Origin: Lentisphaeria bacterium
GTDB taxonomy: Bacteria > Verrucomicrobiota > Lentisphaeria > JABSQK01 > JAWLHB01
NCBI GenBank assembly: GCA_041690595.1
Contig: JAWLHB010000038.1
Coordinates: 1 to 64,000, forward strand
Length of the DNA: 64,000 bases
Direction of reading: 5' to 3'
The position numbers and the translations under genes were made by a program. How positions within the stretch are numbered: position 1 is the first letter of the stretch; each line of letters starts with the position of its first letter. The notes beneath the pieces were generated by a model. It was not told the origin of the DNA, did not search any database, and saw nothing but the letters and a program-made list of their open reading frames with translations. Positions 59,687-64,000 of the stretch are shown here, piece after piece.

Positions 59687-60778
59687 TCATCCATCAGGGG
59701 CTGTCAGGACGCACTCGATGCGCGTGCCTCCATCTGGGATGGTATGAACCTGGAGAGAGCCGCCGGCTACTATCGCGCGCTGAAACATCGTGCGCATGCC
59801 AAGTCCACTGGGCGAATCGAATTCTCGAAAACCGTCGCCATCATCTTCAACCTCCAGAACGACTTCTGCATTCCTCCGCGTCAGGCGAATGTCAATCCGC
59901 TTGGCATTGGCGTGCTTGAGGGCGTTGTTCACCGCCTCACGCGTGATGTAGTAAAGCTGAGCCGCCACGGTCTCATCAGTAATATGCAGATTCTGCGTGT
60001 AGTCGAGTGAGCACTCCACATGAAAGAGGCCGGTGGTCGTCTCGGCAAGTTGCTGCAGGGCTTGCCGGAGCCCCTTTTCGCTCAAGTCGGACGGGCAGAG
60101 ATTGCGGGCGATGGCCCGCGTTTGCTCGATGGTCTCCGTCAGGACATTGGAAAGCTTCTCGAAAGCAGGATCAAGTGAGTCGGTGTGCTTGCGGGCCGAT
60201 GAGCGGAGAGCAAGCAGCATCATCTTTGCCCCGGCAAGACTGCCCTGAACACTGTCGTGCAGGTCGCTGCCAATGCGCTGCTGCTCGTGTTCGGCAGCAT
60301 GCAGCACATCATGCTCAGCTTGCCGCCGCCGTGCTTCCTCTGCCAGTCGACGATCGCTCTCCACCCGCAGATCGAGCAGCGCCTGTCTCAGCTCCAACGT
60401 TCGCCTCTCGACCGTAAGCTCCAGCTGTTGCTTGATATCGCGCAATGCATTGAGCAACAGGCCGAACATGAGAAAGAAGCACAGCCGCACCGCTGCATTC
60501 CAATAGACGATGACCGGTACGGAATACGTCACCATCATCCACTCGATCCACCACCACAGAAGTGCGCTGCACACCGCGAACGCCGCCGTTTCGACGCGAC
60601 CGCATGTCCAGGCGACCAGGCAGACGGGGATGAGATAAAAAACGGAAAACGAAAGCTCGCCGCCCGTGAAGTAGTCGAGAAAGCCGACGACGCCGAGCAG
60701 GACAAAGGTCAGGCGCACGGTGGTGGCTGGCTGTGCCATCAAGGCACGCTCCCAAAGGTGAAGACGACCAGCTCTCAT
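59687..60778 (-). CDS. Membrane sensor histidine kinase (HisKA_3 type)
   Basis: N-terminal TM helices; EQQRIGSDLHDSVQG; EAVNNALKHA; DDGDG; GLG. Confidence 0.92.
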   Translation of the reverse strand: MRAGRLHLWERALMAQPATTVRLTFVLLGVVGFLDYFTGGELSFSVFYLIPVCLVAWTCGRVETAAFAVCSALLWWWIEWMMVTYSVPVIVYWNAAVRLCFFLMFGLLLNALRDIKQQLELTVERRTLELRQALLDLRVESDRRLAEEARRRQAEHDVLHAAEHEQQRIGSDLHDSVQGSLAGAKMMLLALRSSARKHTDSLDPAFEKLSNVLTETIEQTRAIARNLCPSDLSEKGLRQALQQLAETTTGLFHVECSLDYTQNLHITDETVAAQLYYITREAVNNALKHANAKRIDIRLTRRNAEVVLEVEDDGDGFREFDSPSGLGMRTMFQRAIVAGGSLQVHTIPDGGTRIECVLTAPDG

Positions 60779-61009
60779 GCCCTATCCTCTGCATCCGTGT
60801 TGATCGTGTTCATGTATACCATGGCGCCGTTAACCTGTTTTCTACTCTATATCTATTCCACAAACGGCGGAAATGCTTCTGCCCGGCATGGCGTCCGGAG
60901 GCTGCTTTGGCACAATTCTGAACCAAGGTCTTGACCTGTAGATTAAAAGTAGTTTAAGTATAGAGTCTTTCGGTACTTGGAATTCATGTAATCCGCGGAG
61001 TCGCAAATA

Positions 61010-61939
61010 ATGAGCGTTCAAAGCCTCACCTATGAGTGGATCGACAACTGGGCGAAGATCCCCGAGAGCCCATCCGGCCGCGAAAATGGCCGCACGCATG
61101 GTGTCTGTGTCACGGCGGAAGGCCACGTCAAAGTCTTTCATCAGGCCAAGAACGGATTGTTGACCTACGATCCGGACGGGGCGCTGATATCCGCCGTTGG
61201 CGGTGATCGCTGGCTGGGTGCCCACGGCCTGACGCTGGTGGAGGAGCAGGGAACGCAATTCCTCTGGCTGGTGGACCAGTCGAGCAAGGAAGTCGTGAAG
61301 ACGACCCTGGACGGAGAGACCGTTCAGTCGATCGCCCAGGCGCCACACCCAGTTTACAAGGAAGGTGGCAACTACGTACCGACTTGGGCAGCCCAGAATC
61401 CGGACAATGGTGAAATCTGGGTGGCCGACGGTTATGGTTCAAGCTTGGTTCATCGCTACACGTCGGCCGGCGACTACCTCGAAACGATCGACGGCACGGA
61501 CGGCGCCGGCCGTTTTGCCTGTCCGCACGGCATCAATTTCACCCGCGGCGAGGACGGTGTGGAACTCTTCATCACCGATCGCAGCAACAAGCGGGTGGTG
61601 GTGTATGATGGGGAAGGCTACTTCCTGCGTCAAAGCAGCATCACGCACAGCCCCTGCTGCTTCGACTTCCTGGATGACCTGGTTGTTGTCCCGGAGTTGT
61701 TCACCGGTGTGAAGGTGCTGGACAGAAAGAGCCTGGGCCTGCTGGCGGAAATCGGTGCGAGTGATATAGTCGGACCAGACGTTCGCCCGGAAGGGTGGCC
61801 CAACCTGCAGAAGACGGAGAAGGTGCGCGCCGGATCGTTCAACAGCCCCCACGGTGCCTGCTTCGCTCCCAATGGCGACATTTACTGTGTGGAATGGATT
61901 GTGGGTGGTCGTATCACCAGGCTGCAACGCCAGCACTAA
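61010..61939 (+). CDS. NHL-repeat beta-propeller protein (peptidyl-hydroxyglycine lyase-like)
   Basis: AHGL, IWVADGYG, FACPHGI, ITDRSNKR and FNSPHG. Confidence 0.85.
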   Translation: MSVQSLTYEWIDNWAKIPESPSGRENGRTHGVCVTAEGHVKVFHQAKNGLLTYDPDGALISAVGGDRWLGAHGLTLVEEQGTQFLWLVDQSSKEVVKTTLDGETVQSIAQAPHPVYKEGGNYVPTWAAQNPDNGEIWVADGYGSSLVHRYTSAGDYLETIDGTDGAGRFACPHGINFTRGEDGVELFITDRSNKRVVVYDGEGYFLRQSSITHSPCCFDFLDDLVVVPELFTGVKVLDRKSLGLLAEIGASDIVGPDVRPEGWPNLQKTEKVRAGSFNSPHGACFAPNGDIYCVEWIVGGRITRLQRQH

Positions 61940-61970
61940 AGCTCCTACCCCCTCACTCTGATTGAAATTC

Positions 61971-62012
61971 AAAAGCGCCGTCGGCTCCATCGCGGGTCGA
62001 CGGCGCTTTTTT
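61971..62012. terminator. Bidirectional intrinsic terminator
   Basis: AAAAGCGCCGTCG...CGACGGCGCTTTTTT between convergent genes. Confidence 0.85.
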
Positions 62013-62034
62013 CGTCCATGCGGCTAAGGCCGGA

Positions 62035-62259
62035 CTACTGCTCTTTTCGCCGCTGCTCGTGACGCTGGCGGAGAAGCTCGAGGGTCACATCGGGGGTCTG
62101 CATGCCACGCTCGCGGGCGTAGTGCGCCTTCAGCTTGACGGTCGTATCTTCGAAATCGACGGCGGCCTTGGAACCCTGACGATGGGCGGCAAGTGCCTTC
62201 GCCGCGGACTCGATCGCCAGCATGGACTGGGTCGTGATGATGCGTCTTTCGTTATCCAT
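62035..62259 (-). CDS. Small hypothetical protein
   Basis: 74-aa ORF with plausible codon usage ending just before the terminator. Confidence 0.55.
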   Translation of the reverse strand: MDNERRIITTQSMLAIESAAKALAAHRQGSKAAVDFEDTTVKLKAHYARERGMQTPDVTLELLRQRHEQRRKEQ

Positions 62260-62446
62260 ACCTGTTTCCACTCTCTCTGTTCGGCACTATATCAAGCTTT
62301 CCGTAAAGTACCCCATGAAGCCATTCTCATCAATTCCAACCGATGGCTATTTTCAGCGCTGACAGGATGGTGGCGGCGTGGCGGAGTTCGCGGCGGGGGC
62401 TATAGTAGACGAGCAGACAACACCCCGCCGGAGGCCCCATTTCCAG

Positions 62447-64000
62447 ATGACGGAAGAACGATGCCGCATTGGGCTGAGAGTGCAGGGACGCGTACAGGGG
62501 GTGGGCTTCCGCCCCTACGTCTACCGGCTGGCGCACGACCTGGGGCTGGCGGGTGGCGTCGGCAATGACCTGCACGGCGCCTTCATCGAGGTCGAAGGAG
62601 AACCGGCCACGGTGTCGACCTTTGTGCGGCGTCTGCGGGCGGACGCGCCGCCGCTGGTGCATATCAGCTCGGTTCGCCGGGAAAATCTGGCGCTGAAGGG
62701 AGAGACGAGCTTTCGCATCGAGCGCAGTGATGCCGGGGGGGAGCAGGAGGCAGAGATTTCCCCGGATGTCGCCATCTGCGCTGACTGCCGACGGGAATTG
62801 CTGAATCCAGCCGACAGGCGGTACCGGTATCCCTTCATCAATTGCACGAACTGCGGTCCCCGCTACAGCATCGTGCAGGGGCTTCCCTATGACCGCGCGC
62901 AGACGACCATGCGCCACTTCCCCATGTGTGTCGATTGTCGGAGCGAATACGACGATCCGCTGAATCGCCGCTTTCATGCCCAACCGAACGCCTGCCCCAA
63001 CTGCGGTCCCCGCGCCTGGTTCGAGCGGGATGGAATAGTGGAGCCGGGTGACGCCATGCGCCTCGCGGCGGCAAGTCTGGCGGCGGGAGAGATCGTTGCC
63101 ATCAAGGGGCTTGGGGGATTTCATCTGGCCTGTCGTGGGAATCTGGAGGCGAGTGTGCGGCGGCTGCGCCAGCGCAAAGGAAGGGATGCCAAACCATTCG
63201 CGCTCATGGTGCCGGATCTTGAGGCGGCACACCGCCTGACCCGTCTGACCGCCGCTGATGAAGCGTTGTTGACCGGCTGGCACGCCCCCATCCTTCTCGC
63301 TTCGCGTCGTGCCGGGGCACCCGTCGCTGACGGAGTGGCACCGGAGAACGCGCGCCTGGGTATCATGCTGCCCTATACGCCGCTACACCTTCTGCTCTTG
63401 GGCGAGGGAACTGGGCCACTGGTGATGACCAGCGCCAATCCCAGCGACGAACCGCTCTGCGCCGATCTGGATGAGGCGCGCCGCCGCCTTGCCGACATCG
63501 CCGACGGATTCCTGATGCACGATCGCGACATCGCCCGGCGCGTGGACGATACGGTCCTGCTGAGCGATGGCAATGGTGCTCCCATCGTCGTTCGGCGCTC
63601 GCGTGGCCATGTGCCGACACCCATCCGGCTGGCCGCGCCATCGCCGGCACCGGTGCTGGCTGTCGGAGGAGATCTGAAAGGCGCGATCTGCATGTATCGG
63701 GGGCATGATGCCGTTCTCAGCGAGCATCTTGGCGATTTTGAGAATCCAGCCGCCTTTCGCAATTTTATCGGGGCCATCGAGCGCCTGCGGAGCCTCCTGC
63801 GCGTCTCGCCGACGATCGTCGCGCACGACCTGCATCCCTCCTATCATTCATCCAGGCATGCGCAATCCCTGGGCTTGCCGACGATTCCGGTGCAGCACCA
63901 CCATGCACACTTGGCGGGCGTCATGGCGGAGCATGGTTTGAGCGGCCCGGTGATCGGGCTCGCCGCGGACGGCACCGGCTACGGCAGTGATGGCGCCATC
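62447..64000 (+). CDS. hypF: Hydrogenase maturation carbamoyltransferase HypF, 5' part; runs off the window end
   Basis: Manual translation: GRVQGVGFRPYVY (acylphosphatase), CADC..YPFINCTNCGPRY, RRFHAQPNACPNCGP, IKGLGGFHL, DLHPSY, VQHHHAH, DGTGYGSDG. Confidence 0.97.
   Translation, partial: MTEERCRIGLRVQGRVQGVGFRPYVYRLAHDLGLAGGVGNDLHGAFIEVEGEPATVSTFVRRLRADAPPLVHISSVRRENLALKGETSFRIERSDAGGEQEAEISPDVAICADCRRELLNPADRRYRYPFINCTNCGPRYSIVQGLPYDRAQTTMRHFPMCVDCRSEYDDPLNRRFHAQPNACPNCGPRAWFERDGIVEPGDAMRLAAASLAAGEIVAIKGLGGFHLACRGNLEASVRRLRQRKGRDAKPFALMVPDLEAAHRLTRLTAADEALLTGWHAPILLASRRAGAPVADGVAPENARLGIMLPYTPLHLLLLGEGTGPLVMTSANPSDEPLCADLDEARRRLADIADGFLMHDRDIARRVDDTVLLSDGNGAPIVVRRSRGHVPTPIRLAAPSPAPVLAVGGDLKGAICMYRGHDAVLSEHLGDFENPAAFRNFIGAIERLRSLLRVSPTIVAHDLHPSYHSSRHAQSLGLPTIPVQHHHAHLAGVMAEHGLSGPVIGLAADGTGYGSDGAI

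Overview
High-GC bacterial chromosomal window. The prepilin-like '[13 protein letters not shown]' genes, the GntR/LacI-type regulator and the many giant secreted glycan-active proteins point to the PVC superphylum, most likely Lentisphaeria (inference). Contents in order: (1) the 5' part of a Y1/RAYT-type transposase (minus strand, missing from the ORF track) with a 4x25-bp repeat array; (2) an esterase, beta-helix and ceramidase-like gene trio; (3) a ~23-kb operon with a regulator, a prepilin-like gene, three paralogous FlgD-Ig/beta-propeller/CBM9-like giants, a propeller protein, an FAD oxidoreductase, an SGNH hydrolase and a lyase-like protein; (4) a convergent URO-D-like and fucose-isomerase-like pair; (5) an accessory region (32.6-40.1 kb) with a 56-bp array, two nuclease-like genes, a cupin, and a four-helix-bundle/zinc-ribbon gene whose 3' end recurs in seven partial copies interleaved with unrelated DNA; (6) a second prepilin-headed carbohydrate cluster with rubrerythrin, heparinase-like, sulfatase, GH5-like and GH28-like genes; (7) tRNA-Ser(CGA) followed by 133-bp RtT-like repeats; (8) a PhyH dioxygenase, a DUF6067-like giant, an orphan histidine kinase, an NHL protein and the 5' part of hypF. 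No CRISPR array, reverse transcriptase or integrase was seen. All family calls come from motif recognition by eye, not database searches.
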